From Mobula birostris (taxonomy: Eukaryota), in NCBI RefSeq assembly GCF_030028105.1, contig NC_092399.1:13330001-13394000 (forward strand): 64,000 nucleotides of DNA. Reading direction: 5' to 3'. This document shows, piece after piece, positions 37,307-49,704 of this stretch. Numbering within the stretch: the first letter of the stretch is position 1; the number at the start of each line of letters is the position of its first letter. A program made the translations under genes and the position numbers. Under the pieces are notes generated by a model. That model was not told the DNA's origin. It did not search any database and saw only the letters and a list, made by a program, of their open reading frames with translations.

Positions 37307-38172
37307 CTGGCTGGTGGTGTAGTGGCATCTGCACCAGACCTCGAGGCCAGAGGTCCTGGGTTTGCATCCAGCCGCCTTCTTGCACGCTTTCGGTGGTGAA
37401 GAAGGCGAATGCAATGTTGGCATTCATTTCTAGAGGAATAGAATATAGGAGCAGGGATGTGATGTTGAGGCTCTATAAGGCGCTGATGAAACCTCACTTG
37501 GAGTACTGTGGGCAGTTTTGGTCTCCTTATTTAAGAAAGGTTGTGCTGACATTGGAGAGGGTACAGAGAAGATTCACGAGAATGATTCCGGGAATGAGAG
37601 GGTTAACATATGAGGAACGTTTGTCCACTCTTGGACTGTATTCCTTGGAGTTTAGAAGAATGAGGGGAGACCTCATAGAAACATCTTGAATGTTGAAAGG
37701 CCTGGACAGAGTGGATGTGGCAAAGTTGTTTCCCATGATGGGGGAGTCTAGTACGAGAGGGCATGACTTAAGGATTGAAGGGTGCCCATTCAGAACAGAG
37801 ATGCGAAGAAATTTTTTTAGCCAGAGGGTGGTGAATCTATGGAGTTTGTTGCCACAGGTGGCAGTGGAGGCCAAGTCATTGGGTATATTTAAGGTAGAAA
37901 TTGATAGGTATCTGAGTAGCCAGGGCATCAAAGGTTATGGTGAGAAGGTGGGGGAGTGGGACTAAATGGGAGAATGTATCAGCTCATGATAATATGGCGG
38001 AGCAGACTCAATAGGCCGAATGGCCGACTTCTGCTCCTTTGTCTTATGGTCTTAAGGTCTTTCCATCTGGGCTGGGTAGAGCGTTGAGCTAGCAACTCGT
38101 CTTGTAAAAAACAGGCAAAAAAGAAACGGCAAAGTTGCCTCCTGATGTGCCACAAAGCACAGAAAGGAGCAA
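37307..38172 (+). mobile_element. tRNA-derived SINE split by a CR1 3' fragment (~37392-38057)
   Basis: SINE head at 37307-37391 resumes at ~38058 (CTTTC duplicated); the insert encodes KKANAMLAFISRG...NFFSQRVVNLWSLLP. Confidence 0.8.
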
Positions 38173-38569
38173 CATACACACACACTTCTGGGATGGCCAG
38201 CATTTTAACCCCCATTATATAATCTTTAATTAATTTGTATTATTTCTTAGACCAGTTTTCAAAAATAAGACCAGTTGTCAAAAAATCTTATCCAACTTGG
38301 AGTGCTGAAAAATAAAAAGAATTGAAATTGTCTCAGAATATCTTTAAAAAATGTCTGCAGTAAAGCCTGATGCTTTCCCCTTACACAAGTGCTTTCATCA
38401 CCTTGAATTAGCTGAGATTTTGCCGTTATGTCAACCGGTTCTCTTATTTCAGCCACCTCTGGCTCGTAATTCTGACACCTCAATCAAGACCACTCATTAC
38501 CTTGTCTCACCAGCATTTTCAAACTAGCTGTGGCATGAGAAACAAGAAAGCAAATAAAAATCAGGAACC

Positions 38570-38733
38570 CTGTCTTCTCCTATCATTTCGGGTCTCCCCC
38601 TCCCCCTCCCACTTTCAAATCTCTTACTATCTCGTTTTTCCTGACGAAGGGTCTCGACCCAAAACGTCGATTGTACTTCTTCCTATAGATGCTGCCTGGC
38701 CTGCTGCGTTCCACCAGCATTTTGGGTGTGTTG
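38570..38733 (+). mobile_element. Penelope pLTR fragment, hammerhead with GAAA>AAAA change
   Basis: CCTGACGAAGGGTCTCGACCCAAAACGTCGAT...GATGCTGCCTGGCCTGCTG. Confidence 0.78.
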
Positions 38734-38863
38734 CCTGATATGTAATTAGTTTTTTTTCACTTCGAGATTTTATTTCCTCTTTGTTTTGTATTTTTCTTGC
38801 GGGTCTCATTCCTGCACTGGCCCACGGCCTCCAGCTTTTCATCCCTTTTTCTTTCTCTGCTGC

Positions 38864-38864
<1 letters not shown>

Positions 38865-38906
<42 letters not shown>
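38865..38906. repeat. (CA)n microsatellite
   Basis: About 20 CA units, read directly. Confidence 0.95.
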
Positions 38907-38907
<1 letters not shown>

Positions 38908-40415
38908 GACATGCAAAAACAAGCCCCAGGGCAAGGCTAGGCTGATAAAAGGCCACAATGATTGTGAAAGAACACTGGATGGAGTCCACAGACAGAAGAT
39001 GAGGTCAGTGGTGAACTGGCATAAAGGGAATGCACCATGAGAAGCAAATGGGACGTCCAGTATTTGGAGGGAGCTGTGAGGGGAACAGATGGGTGGCATG
39101 ATTGGCATATAGAAAGGCAATGGCATGCAGAAAGGCTCTGCCTTAAGTACGAAGAAGAAAAGTGAGAGGATGGAAATTTGGGGTAATAGCATCCTTTCCA
39201 GATGCGCATATTCGCACTTGCTATCACAGCTTGTAACTCCCAAAAACTTCATTCTGTACTATATAATCATCATCTCCCAAAGGCAATCCTTGCTGCAGCT
39301 CTGGACGGTCTCTGTTGCCTCGAACCATAAAGGACATATCTCCTGTGGCCATTATTCTTCACCTAACTCTCCAGGCTCTTGTTATCCCCTCAAAGTGTCC
39401 TTGCACTACCATCCAGTCTACATGGAAAATGATGTGTGCAATGTAGAACACTCTTCTGGATTGCATATTAACAATAGCAAGAACTTGCCGCAGGTCCTCT
39501 ACTGAAACCAACAATAGCGGTTTCAGAGCTGCGCTACCCATGAAACACAACAGGGCAGTTGAACACATATTGCATTAAAAGTACTCATTCTTCATGAGAC
39601 ATAGGAGCAGGATTAGGCCATCTGGCCCATCAAGTCTGCTCCGCCATTCAATCATGTCTGATCCTTTTTTTTTTCTCCTCCTGAACCCCAGTTCCCGGCC
39701 TTCTCTCTGAAACCTTTGATGCCATGTCCAATCAAGAATCTGTCAATCTCTGCCTTAAATACACCCAACAACCTGGCCTCCACAACTGCAGGTGGCAACA
39801 AATCCCATAAATTCACCACTCTTTGGCTGAAGAAATTTCTCTGCTTCTCTGTTTTGAAAGGGCGCCCCTCTATCCTGAGGCTGTGCCCTCTTGTCCTAGA
39901 CCCTCCACCATGGGAAACATCCTTTCCACATCTACTCTATCTAGGCCTTTCAACATTCGAAAGGTTTCAGTGAGATCCCCTCATCTTTCTGAAATCCAGC
40001 GAGTATAGACCCAGCACCATCAAATGTTCCTCGTATGATAACCCTTTCATTCTTGGAATCATCTTTGTGATCCTCCTCAGGACATTTTCCAATGCCAGCA
40101 CATCTTTTCAAAGATGAGGGGCCTGAAACTGTTCACGATACTCATGGTGAGGCCTCACCAGTGCCGTATAAAGCCTCAGCACTGCATCCTTGCTGTTATA
40201 TTCTAGACCTCTTGAAATGAAAACTAACATTGCATTTGCCTTCCTCACCACCATTTCAACCTGCAAGTTGACCTTTACGGTGTTCTGCACAAGGACTCCC
40301 AAGTCCCTCTGCATCTCAGATTTCTGGATTCTCTCCCCATTTAGAAAATAGTCCGCACATTTATTTCTACTACCAAAGTGCATAACTATGCATTTTCCAA
40401 CATTGTATTTCATTT

Positions 40416-41622
40416 CAAACTAAACTTCCTCCAAACTAAAGGTGTAGCTATGGGCACCCATATGGGTCCTAGCTATGCCTGCCTTTTTGTTGGGTTTGTG
40501 GAACAATCTATGTTCTGTGCCTATTCTGGTATCTGTCCCCCACTTATCCTTTGCTACATTGACGACTGCATTGGCGCTGCTTCCTGCACGCATGCAGAAC
40601 TCGTTGACTTTATTAACTTTGCCTCCAACTTTCACCCTGCCCTCAAGTTTACCTGGTCCATTTCCGACACCTCCCTCCCCTTTCTAGATCTTTCTGTTTC
40701 TGTCTCTGGAGACAGCTTATCCACTGATGTCTACTATAAGCCTACTGACTCTCACAGCTATCTGGACTATTCCTCTTCTCACCCTGTCTCTTGCAAAAAC
40801 GCCATCCCCTTCTCGCAATTCCTCCGTCTCTGCCGCATCTGCTCTCAGGATGAGGCTTTTCATTCTAGGACCAGGGAGATGTCTTCCTTTTTTAAAGAAA
40901 GGGGCTTCCCTTCCTCCACTATCAACTCTGCTCGTAAACGCATCTCCCCCATTTCACGTACACCTGCTCTCACTCCATCCTCCCGCCACCCCACTAGGAA
41001 TAGGGTTCCCCTGGTCCTCACCTACCAATCCACCAGCCTCCGGGTCCAACATATTATTCTCCGTAACTTCCGCCACCTCCAACGGGATCCCACCACTAAG
41101 CACATCTTTCCCTCCCCCCCTCTCTCTGCATTCCACAGGGATTGCTCCCTATGCAACTCCCTTGTCCATTCGTCCCCCCCATCCCTCCCCACTGATCTCC
41201 CTCCTGGCACTTATCCGTGTAAGCGGAACAAGTGCTACACGTGCCCTTACACTTTCTCCCTTACCACCATTCAGGGCCCCAAACAGTCCTTCCAGGTGAG
41301 GCAACACTTCATCTGTGAGTCGACTGGGGTGATATACTGCGTCCAGTGCTCCCGATGTGGCCTTTTATATATTGGCGAGACCCGACACAGACTGGGAGAC
41401 CGCTTTGCTGAACACCTACGCTCTGTCCGCCAGAGAAAGCAGGATCTCCCAGTGGCCACACATTTTAATTCCACATCCCATTCCCATTCTGACATGTCTA
41501 TCCACGGCCTCCTCTACTGTAAAGATAAAGCCACACTCAGGTTGGAGGAACAACACCTTATATTCCGTCTGGGTAGCCTCCAACCTGATGGCATGAACAT
41601 CGACTTCTCTAACTTCCGCTAA
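40416..41622 (+). CDS. Penelope-like reverse transcriptase C-terminal half + GIY-YIG endonuclease (5'-truncated; the ORF-track start lies in flanking CR1)
   Basis: QTKGVAMGTHMGPSYACLF, CYIDD, LPFLDL, TDVYYKPTD, CKRNKCYTC, GVIYCVQCSRCGLLYIGETRHRLGDRFAEH, PDGMN; about 400 codons with no stop. Confidence 0.88.
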
Positions 41623-41914
41623 GGCCCCACCTCCCCCTCGTACCCCATCTGTTACTTATTTTTATGCACACATTCTTTCTCTCACTCTCCTTTTTCTCCC
41701 TCTGTCCCTCTGAATATACCTCTTGCCCATCCTCTGGGCCCCCCCCCTTGTCTTTCTTCCCTGACCTCCTGTCCCATGATCCTCTCGTATCCCCTTTTGC
41801 CTATCACCTGTCCAGCTCTTGGCTCTATCCCTCCCCCTCCTGTCTTCTCCTATCATTTTGGATCTCCCCCTCCCCCTCCAACTTTCAAATCCCTTACTCA
41901 CTCTTCCTTCAGTT

Positions 41915-41950
41915 AGTCCTGACGAAGGGTCTCAGCCTGAAACGTCAACT
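41915..41950 (+). ncRNA. Minimal type I hammerhead ribozyme in the pLTR
   Basis: AGTC-CTGACGA-AGGGTCTCAGCCT-GAAA-C-GTC-AACT; core intact, one stem I mismatch. Confidence 0.65.
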
Positions 41951-43182
41951 GCACCTCTTCCTACAGATGCTGCCTGGCCTGCTGCGTTCACCAGCAACTT
42001 TGATGTGTGTTGATTGTATTTCATTTGCCACTTTCTTGTCCATTCTCCTAATCTGTCTAAATCTGTCTGCATCCTACCTGTTTCTTCAACACTATCTGCC
42101 CCTCCACCAATTTTCATATCATCTGCAAACTTGGCAACAAAACCATCTATTCCATCATCTAAATCATTTACATACAGCATAAAAAGAAGCGGTCCCAAAA
42201 CTGACCTCTGTGGAACACCACAAGTCACTGGCAGCCAACCAGAAAAGGATCCTCTTATTCCCACTCACTGCTTCCTACCAATCAGCCAATGCTCTAACCA
42301 TGTTAGTAACTTTCCTGTAATACCATGGGCTCTTAACTTGGTAAGCAGCCTCATGTGTGGCACCTTGTCAAAGGCCTTCTGAAACTCCAAATATACAACA
42401 GCCACTGCATCCCCTTTATCTATCCTACTTGTAATCTCCTCAAAGAATTCCAACAGGTTTGTCAAGCAGGATTTTCCCTGAAGGAAACCATGCTGACTTT
42501 GTACTATCTTGTCCTGTCTCACAAAGTACTCCATCACCAAATCCTTAACAATTGACTCTAACATCTTCCCAACCACTGAGATCTATAATTCCCTTTCTGT
42601 TGTCTTCCTCCTTTCTTAAAGAGTGGAGTGACATTTGCAATTTTCCAGTCCTCTGGCACCATGCCAGAGTCCAATGATTTCTGAAAGATCATTTCTAATG
42701 CCACCACAATCTCTAACGATACCTCTTTCAGAACCCTAGGGTGCAGTTCATCTGGTCCAGGTGACTTATGTACCTTTAGGTCTTTCAGCTTTTTGAGCAT
42801 CTTCTCTCTTGTAATAGTAACTGCACCAGCTTCTCTTCCTTCACACACTACAACATCAGGCATACTACTAGAGTCCTCTCCAGTGAAGACTGATGCAAAA
42901 TACTAATTTAGTTCATCAGCCATGACCCCCGTTATAATTTCTCCTGCCTCATTTTCTAGCGGTCCTATATCCACTCTCACTTCTCTTTCATTTTTAATAT
43001 ACTTGAAAAAACTTTTACTATCCACTTTGATATTATTTGCTAGCTTGCTTTCATATTTCATCTTTTCCCTTCGAATAATTTTTGTGTGTCAACCAAATCA
43101 TTGTCTTATTGCCAGGAAAATGGTATAAAACAATCTCTAAATCCACATCCTTTAACATTTTAATGGGCATGGGCCATTTTAG

Positions 43183-43530
43183 TTAGTTACTTACTGCCTG
43201 ATATACCGCTGGCATTAGGGCTACAATGAAGGTCCTCTGTCCTTGGCCATCTTCTCTGTTGTGCCCCAGGTGTGGTTCAGCGTCCTTATTTCTGCCTCAA
43301 TGGCATGGCACCAAGTTATATTTAGCCTCCCATGTTTCCTCAGCCCTTCAGGGGTCCAATGAAGTGCTGTACCAATGATGGAGTTGGCCTCTCATCACGT
43401 AGCCATTCCAACGCCAATGATCCCCCATGATGATTGTGGACGTGACGCTGAAGGAGCAAGGCGTTGTTGGAGATCTTTCTTGACCAGAAGCTATGGAGCA
43501 TCTTCTGGAGGCTCATGGTGTGGCCACTTA
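43183..43530 (-). mobile_element. RTE-clade LINE 3' fragment
   Basis: Minus strand gives HWTPEGLRKHGRLNITW, resembling the RTE W.P.G.R..GRP..TW motif; (TAAG/TAAC)-like tail. Confidence 0.55.
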
Positions 43531-43780
43531 CTGGTATCTCAAGTGATTATACCACTTTCCCCTTCAACCATCAAGCTCCTGAAATCATCGTGGATGTCTT
43601 CACTCAACACTGAACTGATTCCACGAACTATTGACCCACCTTCAAGGATTCTATAAGTCATGCTCTCAATATTATTTATTTATTGTTATTTTTATTTGTT
43701 CTTTGTATTTGTACAGTTTTTCTTTTGCACATTGATTGTCAGTCTTTATCTGTAGTTTTTTTCATTCATTCTATTGCATA

Positions 43781-44405
43781 TGTAATACCTTGGTTCATAT
43801 TTTTTACTGTTATGCTCCATGTATTTCACTTTGTGCAGCTTGTTCTGCTTTCAGTCTGTTTGGGTTATTGTTGAAGATGAGGGATGATGTGGAATGTGTG
43901 CCATCCAATTAGCGGGAGGTTTTTCTTGGTGAGGGACAAAAAGGTTGGGCAGGCCTTTGTTCGAGAGGAGATGAGGAGAGAAGACACCGGGGAGAACCAG
44001 TCGTAGCATACGATCCAGTGGGAGATCCGTTTGTTCGGGATGGATGGCGAGCGACGTTCGGAAGGTGGTGTGTGCTTTCATGTTGACCGAGGACCGAACG
44101 CGTGAGCAACAGAAAAGTTCAAGATGAGCTCCAACTTGTACACATTTGACTGTTTAATTAGAATGGGCCCTTTTCTTTTTGTTATTCTTTACTACCCCTT
44201 CAGTTAAGATTCATAAATATAATTCCTTTAATCGGATGCAGTGTACTGTCTATCATTTCATGGCATTAATTTGTAACAGGGTTGGAAATGACACAGCATC
44301 CACATAAAATGGGGTGGGATCCAGTGCACCTCAACCTCTAAAGTTTGGCAGGACCAGAGGTAATCTTCCCTAGACTTATGCAGCCAAGGAAACCAGGATG
44401 TTTCA
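43781..44405. mobile_element. Probable solo LTR inserted in a LINE tail
   Basis: TGTAATACC...GGATGTTTCA termini (TG...CA); the flanking LINE 3' UTR resumes after 44405; degenerate 4-bp flanks CATA/CGTG. Confidence 0.55.
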
Positions 44406-45329
44406 CGTGTCTTTGTTCTACTGTGGATGTCTGCAAGAAAGTGAATCTCAGGGGTGTAGATGGTAATAATAAATTTATTTTGAACCTTGAACTTTTTATA
44501 TTTAATATCTTATTGAAGGAATTCCATAAAATGCTTTATTGCATATTTTCCAGGTGTGATATTGATGTTGTGGTTCATGAGCACTTACCACAGATGATCT
44601 CTGTCAGCAGGCCAAGTGCAGGTTAAGACGGTAAAGTCTCTTATTAGGAGTGAAGAAACAGGTTCTGAGGTCATTAAAGTCAGGACTCCAAATCACAGCT
44701 GGAACTCATGGAAAACAGTTTGTAAATTCCTGGAAAAGTAATTATACATCAGTTGCTGGGGGCAAGTAAAGATTTAGGTTAACATAGGTCTTGAGATCTA
44801 GTTTATTCATATTTAAAGTCAACATTCTGCAGATTTGTGATAAACTGATAAACTGATAAACACCAGTTTTAAGGAAAAGGAAATTAGTCATGGAAATCAG
44901 TTTGGAAATGACTGATCATTTTTCTTGGAAATCACTTCAGTTTTAAGATGGTCAGATGACCAAGACATAAATATACATCCTGGCCTTGAGGAAGATGGAC
45001 AGACTGAACAAAAGTCGGGCTGTAGTCAGTTCTTTAAAATCTGAGCAGTCTGAGGGTCCTATCATTCTCAGATATCTCCCTTATGTCCATTGGGAGCTGA
45101 TCAGAAAGCTCTTGTATTGAGGTAGATTCATTTTAACGCCCACGTTTTAGAAAGGCAGGATCAAGTGTTATGGCACAGGGAAGTTAATGACTTCCATTTT
45201 TCTGGAGGAATAGTGTACGGTGAACAGGAAGGCCAATAATTTAAATTCAACCAGATTCAGTATATTTTCCCTTACTGTCATTGAATTGTTTCATTGGCTC
45301 TTTATAATAAAATGGGATAATAGAAAAAT

Positions 45330-46382
45330 GACCATGTCAGTCCATGGCCTCCTCTACTGCCACGCTGAGGCCACACTCAGGTTGGAGGAGCAACACCTTA
45401 TAATCCATCTGGGAGCCTCCAAGCTGGTGGCAAGAATATTGATTTTTCACCCCCGACTTCACCATTACCCATTCCTGTTTCCTTCTCTCACCTTATCTCC
45501 ATTTCTGCCCATCACCTCCCTCTGGTGCTCCTCCCCTTCCCTTTCCTCCATGGACTTCTGTCCTCTCCTACCAGATTCCCCCTCCTCCAGTCCTTCACAG
45601 ACACCCCACCTCTCCCGGAAGTTCCGGGAGTTTCCTGCATGTTGATAGTGGCTCCCTGATGCCCACAAGTTATATACAATATCCCGGAAATAGATATTTC
45701 TTTTGAGAGCGAGAGAGAGAGAGAGCAAGAGAGAGCACGAGCGAGAGAGAGAGCGAGCGCCATGGCAGAGTGTTCCAAAGAAAAGAAAATATAAAACGTA
45801 CGTCACTCCAGACTACACTAAAGTGTACCCCTGCCTTATAGGGGTCAAAAATAATGACAGTGTTGCTCGCTGCACTGTTTGCAACAGTGACTTTTCTATT
45901 GCCCACGGTGGGTTAAGACTGTAAAAGACATGTTGAGTTGAGTTTAACAGGTGTCATTCGTTCATTAGCATAGCTAACGTTATTTAAACTAGCTGGCTAG
46001 CTGCTAAGGAGCTCTCTATCACAGACATCCCACCTCTCCCGGAAGTTCTGGGAGTCTCCTGCAAATTGATGGAGCTACCTCCCTGAAATGAGTTTTTGCA
46101 GGTTGGGATGTCTGTCTTCATATCTTTCACCAATCAACTTCCCAGCTCTTTACTTCACCCCCTCCCCCCTCTCCCTCCTCTCCAAAGTTTCACTCATTAC
46201 CTGCCACTTTATGCTACTTCCTCCCCTCCCCCCTGACCTCTTTAGTCTGGCTCCTTGTGCTTTCCTTTCCAGTCCTGATGAAGTGTCGACTGTTCACTCT
46301 TTTCCATGGATGCTGCCTGGCCTGCTGAGCTCCTCCAGCATTTTGAGTGTGTTGCAGCACCTGCAGACTTTCTGACGTTTGA
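45330..46382 (+). mobile_element. Decayed Penelope-like 3' fragment split by a hAT element
   Basis: MSVHGLLYCHAEATLRLEEQHL; pLTR with stem-II-deleted hammerhead AGTCCTGATGAAGTGTCGACT (46271-46291). Confidence 0.75.
45598..46114 (+). mobile_element. Internally deleted hAT-like transposon retaining the N-terminal zinc finger
   Basis: TIRs CAGACACCCCACC...GGTTGGGATGTCTG; a second left end at 46022; peptide ARCTVCNSDFSIAHGG typical of hAT transposase N-termini. Confidence 0.65.
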
Positions 46383-47230
46383 GAAAAATGATCAGAAGGG
46401 GAGAAATGCGTAGAGGCCAGGTTTTATTCAAATTAACATTATCCATCATATTCTGGATTACCTGGGGAACAATACCGCAATTTGTATTTATTTAGGAAAC
46501 TTGATGCAGAAAATTTGCAATGAGATATAATAGTGGCAAGGCTTTTTTCTCAGTTGTCTAATGAGCACAGAGCTATTTCAAGGAGACTAAGGAGATAGGA
46601 AGTTTCAGGCAAGTGGAAGGGTTTAGAGAGAATTTCAAAATTCTGCGCAAGTATAGCTGAATGCACAACTACTAGTAATAGATAAATATGTGCGTGGCCA
46701 GAGACAGATGGTTCAGAGGCTGGTTATTCCAATCCAAGATCGGGAAAAAAAAACTAAAGGAATGTGGATTATGAGTCAGAAAGACATCCAGACACTCAGT
46801 TGGATAACTTGAATTGGAAATTATTGAGAACTATTGTATTTACTCATCTGCAGTTGTGATTTATAAAATGAGCCTTTTGGAATAGATAAATTTTGACAGA
46901 AAATAAATTGGTAACTCTATTTAAATCTAGATATTCTGCAGCATTTGTCTGTTTAGGAATTATATGGAAATACAAAATCAAGCGGCCATTTCCTGCTTCC
47001 TCTCCACTCAGGTCACTGGAGTTAGACACTGTTGCCTAGAAACTGGCTTTTACCTCCCTTGGTGCACTAACACCCACCTTGAAAATAGCTGTGAAAATGG
47101 GCAAACTAATTTTAAAAGCAGCAGAATGCGGTTTTGTATGTAGGATTATGCACCAAACACAACCTGGGGACTGCATGCAGAGCTTCCAGCTGCCGTATCA
47201 ATCACTGGAAAATGAGTTGGTGCTTCAAGA

Positions 47231-47706
47231 AACACACATAAAAGTTGCTGGTGAACACAGCAGGCCAGGCAGCATCTATTGGAAGAGGTACAGTCGACGT
47301 TTCGGGCCAAGACCCTTCGTCAGGACTAACTGAAAGAAGAGCTAGTAAGAGATTTGAAAGTGGGAGGGGGAGGGGGAGATCCAAAATGATAGGAGAAGAC
47401 AGGAGGGGGAGGGATGGAGCCAAGAGCTGGACAGGTGATTGGCAAAAGGGATATGAGAGGATCATGGGACAGGAGGCCCAGGGAGAAAGAAAAGGGGGAG
47501 GGGGGAAGCCCAGAGGATGGGCAAGTGGTATAGTGAGAGGGACAGAGGGAGAAAAAGGAGAGAGAGAAAAAGAATGTGTGTATATAAATAAATAACGGAT
47601 GGGGTACGAGGGGGAGGTGGGACATTAGCGGAAGTTTGAGAAGTCAATGTTCATACCATCAGGTTGGAGGCTACCCAAATGGAATATCAGGTGTTGTTCC
47701 TCCAAC
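47231..47706 (-). mobile_element. Penelope-like 3' fragment with TSD
   Basis: TSD CTTCAAGA (47223-47230 / 47707-47714); closely matches the reverse complement of ~41540-42010. Confidence 0.88.
47292..47327 (-). ncRNA. Minimal type I hammerhead ribozyme (best-preserved copy)
   Basis: Minus strand AGTC-CTGACGA-A-GGGT(CTTG)GCCC-GAAA-C-GTC-GACT: core nucleotides, stem I and stem II intact. Confidence 0.8.
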
Positions 47707-48049
47707 CTTCAAGAGCTCCTTCCACTGAGGAATCTCCCTCTGCCACAGCCTGAGTATTGTTACAGTGAAGTCTGACACTGGGAAGAGAGGGAAAAAAAGC
47801 ACAAGGGATGGATACATGGTGGTTGCTTATGTATGTGGGCAGCTCCCAACTTGATGAGCTGGCCCAAATAACTTCCTTATCCCCTAATGACCATAAGCCA
47901 CTGCACAGTGCGGGCCGTTTAAAGAGCCAATAATCACAAAATGCAATGTCAAGAACAGTGAAGAAATCATGAATGGTGTGGCTCCATGATTTCGATCACT
48001 GGAAACTGAGGCCTTCAATTGCTGCGTGCCAGATATTGACATCAAAGTG

Positions 48050-48251
48050 TGTCTTAATCATGCCACTTCCTGTAAGAAGTTTGTACATTCTCCAAGTGAC
48101 TGTGAGGGTTTCCTCCGACTGCTGTGGTTTCCTCCCACAGTCCAAAGACATACCAGTTGGTAGGTTAGCTGGCCATTGGTAGGTTGCTGGGCGGCGCGGC
48201 TCAGAGGACTAGAAAGACCTATTCCACACCGTATCTCAATGAATAAATAAG
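48050..48251 (+). mobile_element. V-SINE, partial
   Basis: GTTTGTACATTCTCC...GGTTTCCTCCCACAGTCCAAAGAC core; (AATA)n tail. Confidence 0.75.
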
Positions 48252-49394
48252 TAATGTCACATTGTTGACTGCCGCACAATGTGTCCTTCCGACAGCTTCC
48301 GTCTTTGCCAACAGAAGGTGAGTGGTGAGGGGCCTGTGACACCACCAGGTGTTAGAATATTGCTGAGAAAATATCACCGATGCTGAGGTAAATTGTCTGT
48401 TAAAATACCCAGAAAATCTCCCGACAGGCACAGTTCAGCCGAGAATACACACGGAAGACATGGGCACAATGTATCCAATTTTTCAGCTTGTAATGGACCT
48501 CAAATGGTAATAATTTTTAAATACTTTAAGTCGTTAAATTTATTTTTTTAAGTTACTATTGCAGTTCCATGAGCAAACAATTTCTCAAACAATTGATTCA
48601 AAATCATGAAACATTTAAGCATGGACTTTCCTAGAATATCGCTCTTTTACAGATATTTTTCTAGGTGTTTTGACAATTTTATGATTGAAAGCATGCTGAA
48701 CTATTTGCTTAATGTTTGATTTTGTGTCTGATTCTACTGTATACGATCTTGCGACTCTGCAGGGTTACTTCTAAGAGCAATTTTCTTTTTGTGGTATAAT
48801 CCTGGATACTTTCCTTGTTTACAAGAGTGGAAACAGTGCTGTAGGTGGGGCAGTTTTCATAACGTTGGAGAGGAAATATTTCAGTAGGTGTACAAGCTGC
48901 TTTGCTTTGTCTTGGTTAATAATTTCTTATTGACACAAGCGTGTCAGTAAAAATCCAGTGGAGGTAGAGCAATTACACAAATATAATGCCCCAAAACACC
49001 CATCTGAATGTTTGGAATTCAGGACTAGCTGTATGTCAGATGACATTGTAGGCTAATGTAATTGATGGATACGTACATACATAATTCACGACCACTGACA
49101 CCGAGTTGGGGGATCACTTTATGAGGCTATTCTGATGCGAGGACGTAATCACATAAAGTTCTGTTACCGCGTTTTTGGGATCAGTGTTTGGAGCACGGCT
49201 CTGCTTAAACATAAAATGCCTCGCACTACCTTATTTGCGAAACCTACAACATTATGCCTGTCACCAATCACAAGTTCAAATGTAATTTAAAAACGCAAAC
49301 ACGAGGAATTCTGCAGATGCTGGAAATTCAAGCAACACACATCAAAGTTGCTGGTGAACGCAGCAGGCCAGGCAGCATCTCTAGGAAGAGGTAC

Positions 49395-49430
49395 AGTCGA
49401 CGTTTCAGGCTGAGACCCTTCATCAGGACT
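49395..49430 (-). ncRNA. Minimal hammerhead ribozyme
   Basis: AGTC-CTGATGA-AGGGTCTCAGCCT-GAAA-C-GTC-GACT. Confidence 0.7.
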
Positions 49431-49668
49431 AACTGATAGAAGAGCTAGTAAGAGATTACTAGGTATGTGGATGGTAGGGGACTGAAGGGCCATGGTCCCA
49501 GTGCAGGTTGATGGGATTAGGCAGTTTAAATGGTTCAGCATGGACTAGATGGGCCCAAGGGCCTGTTTTAGGGCTGTACTTTTTCTATAACACTATAAAT
49601 AGTTAAAATATAAAAAAAAACAATTGTAATTCCTTAAAAGTAATCTCTTATTAGCTCTTCTTTCAGTT

Positions 49669-49704
49669 AGTCCTGACGAAGGGTCTCAGCCGGAAACGTC
49701 GACT
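49669..49704 (+). ncRNA. Minimal hammerhead ribozyme (weakened stem II)
   Basis: AGTC-CTGACGA-AGGGTCTCAGCCG-GAAA-C-GTC-GACT. Confidence 0.6.

Larger units (their letters stand above)
40416..42012 (+). mobile_element. Penelope-like retroelement, 5'-truncated, with 14-bp TSD
   Basis: TSD ATTGTATTTCATTT (40402-40415 / 42013-42026); open RT + GIY-YIG frame; 3' pLTR with hammerhead. Confidence 0.92.
39593..43082 (-). mobile_element. CR1 LINE (RT region to 3' end) interrupted by a Penelope-like element
   Basis: ORFs 42558-42863 (KSPGPDELHPRVLKE), 42265-42576 (QHGF...KSCLTNL...KAFDKVPH), 41932-42264 (GVPQRSVLGP...FADD) and 40108-40413. Confidence 0.9.

Noticed and set aside
44554-44621. AG...GT-bounded 68-bp exon-like segment
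   Set aside because: Splice-like motifs of this quality are common by chance; no coding support.
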